Source: Octopus sinensis | Lineage: Eukaryota | DNA: 64,000 nucleotides | Direction: 5' to 3' | Assembly (NCBI RefSeq): GCF_006345805.1 | Contig: NC_043008.1 | Span: forward strand, 35,712,001-35,776,000 | Made by a program: the position numbers and the translations under genes | Notes under the pieces: generated by a model | What the model saw: only the letters and a program-made list of their open reading frames with translations | The model's database searches: none | Told to the model about the DNA's origin: nothing | Shown: positions 61,851-64,000 of the stretch, one piece after another | Layout: each line of letters begins with the position of its first letter | Numbering within the stretch: position 1 is the stretch's first letter

Positions 61851-63819
61851 GAGAGAGAGATAGATGTAAAGAGACACAAACAGAGCAACAGATAAACAGC
61901 AGATAGATATGCAATTCATCTCCTTCTATGACCAAAGCATTGTCCTCAATAGTCATAATATTTAAGGTGAGGAATAAGGAACTGAATAACAACCTCAGAA
62001 TGCTATAATTTGCTTCTATTAATGCTGAGGTGCTTCGCCTCTAAATTCCAACTATAAATCATTGGCAGATAACAGTCCACATGATTTGGACTAAAAAAAA
62101 AAGGTTAATTTATACACCAAGACAACTTTGGAGGACCAAATGCAGCAGGATTTGGCAAAATAATGACAGTGTTTGAATATTTACACAAGTTTACATTATA
62201 TCTTATGCCCACTTGTATGTCAGAAAATATGGCATTTTGTTTTGTTGAAAGTGTAATAAGAAGAAACTTGATGATATAGAAGTGTTTGAGCTGATGTACA
62301 ATATGTCACATTGTGCCCCCTTGAAGCAAGAGCTTGTTGCATTACAGTTGTAATACGTACTGACATGCTTGCTCAAAAATATATACAAAACAAATTATAG
62401 AATATAGATGTACAAAACACACACACACACATACACCGAATGTGGCAAGTGTTTGATGTATACATATAAATACTATCCTTCTTTGTACTTTCACATACAT
62501 ATACCCACATGTACACATGTACAGGTGCATGCATTCGCATGTACATGCTCGCACAATATATGGAGATATACAATTTTCATCTTTTTTGCTTATGTAACCC
62601 TGGAGGTCAACAAATTTGGAAAAGTATGTTTGATTGCTTGCCATCTCTCTTTCTTTTTCTCTCTTACCATCTTTTCCTTTCACTGCATCTCATTCTCTTG
62701 TCTGTGGCTCTGTTTGGCTGTCTCCTGATATTCTCCCACCACTCTCTCAATTTGACTGTCAATCTATGAAGGACTGCTTGTTTTCATAATTCACCCAATC
62801 ATGAATCAAGAACACACACAAGATAGACAGACAGACAGACAGACAGGTGGATGAATGGACAGACAGACAAAGAGACAGACAGATAGATAAATAGGTAGAC
62901 GAACAGACAAATTCACAGAGATAGATTCAGATATATACTGAGATAGAGAGCGACAGAGATTTTATGTATGTATGTATGTATGTATGTATGTATGTATGTA
63001 TGTATTATAATCACCATCATCATCATCATTTAACATCAGTCTCCCAAGCTGGCATCATGGGTTGGGAGAGTTATACTGGTGCTGGTAAGGCCAGAAGCTG
63101 CACCAGGCACCATTGTCTGCTTTGGCATGGTTTCTATGACTGGATGCTCCTCATAATGCCAACCACTTTACTGAGTTTACTGAGTGTTTTTTTACATGGT
63201 ACCAACACTGGTATTCTTTGCAATGGCACCAACACCAACAGTGTTTGTGTGTGTGTGGTGTGTGTGTGTGTGTGTGCATGTAGATAGCAAGTTAATTCAT
63301 TAGGAACATAAAAATATTGTTATACATGTGTTCACCATATTTGTCTGAAGCACATCCAAAGCTGCTGCAGAATATAAATTGTTTTCCACTATTCTTTAAG
63401 ACTAGGAATTTTCAGCAATTTTTACAAGACCATCACAGAGCCAGGAAATACCCCACTTTTCAGCCAGAGAAATGGGAGAGAGACCTTGATAAGATCCCTG
63501 TAGACACTGAATACTAAACTGACGCTGCCAGTAGGGTATAAATAACGGTATCACAATGATTGTGGTAAACATGGAGGAAAGAGATCCGTTGTTGACTTTG
63601 ATTCCATAACTGTTGACATGCTGAAGCTGATCAATCAAATGGTCAGGTCATGATTTATTTATGTGCATCGTTAAATATTTGAGCTTAATGAATGGGTTTC
63701 AAAGGATTATTTCATAAATGGATCATCCTGGTGAAAATGTCATTCTTGACATGAGGGAATGCTAATGTTATAAATGTCTACACACGCATGATTTATGTGC
63801 AGTCATACATTTATATGCA

Positions 63820-63857
63820 CACACACTAACACACACACACACACACTCACACACACA

Positions 63858-63898
<41 letters not shown>

Positions 63899-63960
63899 AC
63901 ACACAAACACACACACACTCACACACACACACACACCACACACACACACAAACACACACA

Positions 63961-63997
<37 letters not shown>

Positions 63998-64000
63998 ACA
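63820..64000. repeat. (CA)n microsatellite
   Basis: Directly visible. Confidence 0.95.

Noticed and set aside
63412-63517. Terminal-exon-like QFLQDHHRARKYPTFQPEKWERDLDKIPVDTEY*
   Set aside because: No recognisable homology beyond a weak KWERDL likeness to LINE proteins, and nothing to link it to.

Overview
AT-rich, microsatellite-saturated eukaryotic DNA. The SINE families, RTE tails and simple-repeat density point to a coleoid cephalopod, most likely Octopus; this is inferred from recalled repeat families, not from a search. I cannot identify any intact protein-coding gene. Nearly all ORFs in the supplied track are microsatellite translations or decayed transposon fragments, so the window is probably intergenic or inside a very long intron. 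It contains a layered set of mobile elements: three tRNA-derived SINE families (Nin/Deu-like, Meta-like and CORE-like), many RTE LINE 3' tails and several RT fragments, an R4/Dong-type element with a restriction-like endonuclease, a CRE-like RT fragment, a gag-like ORF1 remnant, two mariners (one scoreable as DD34D), a Tc1 (DD34E), piggyBac/hAT/palindromic MITEs, Helitron-like elements, a candidate solo LTR and Penelope-type ends. The most interesting signals are: (1) a perfect 371-bp palindrome whose centre carries two back-to-back minimal type I hammerhead ribozymes with a U3-A8 core variant, plus a second family of decayed hammerheads elsewhere; (2) a 79-nt, 36-position pri-miRNA-like hairpin in unique sequence at 54319-54397; (3) a candidate 5-nt microexon or recursive splice site at 60012-60016; (4) a six-copy TCAYRTGA E-box cluster inside an LTR-like unit; (5) a candidate exon whose 5' splice site is enclosed by an exon-intron duplex. 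Most TE boundaries are approximate, read by eye. All RNA folds were paired by hand.
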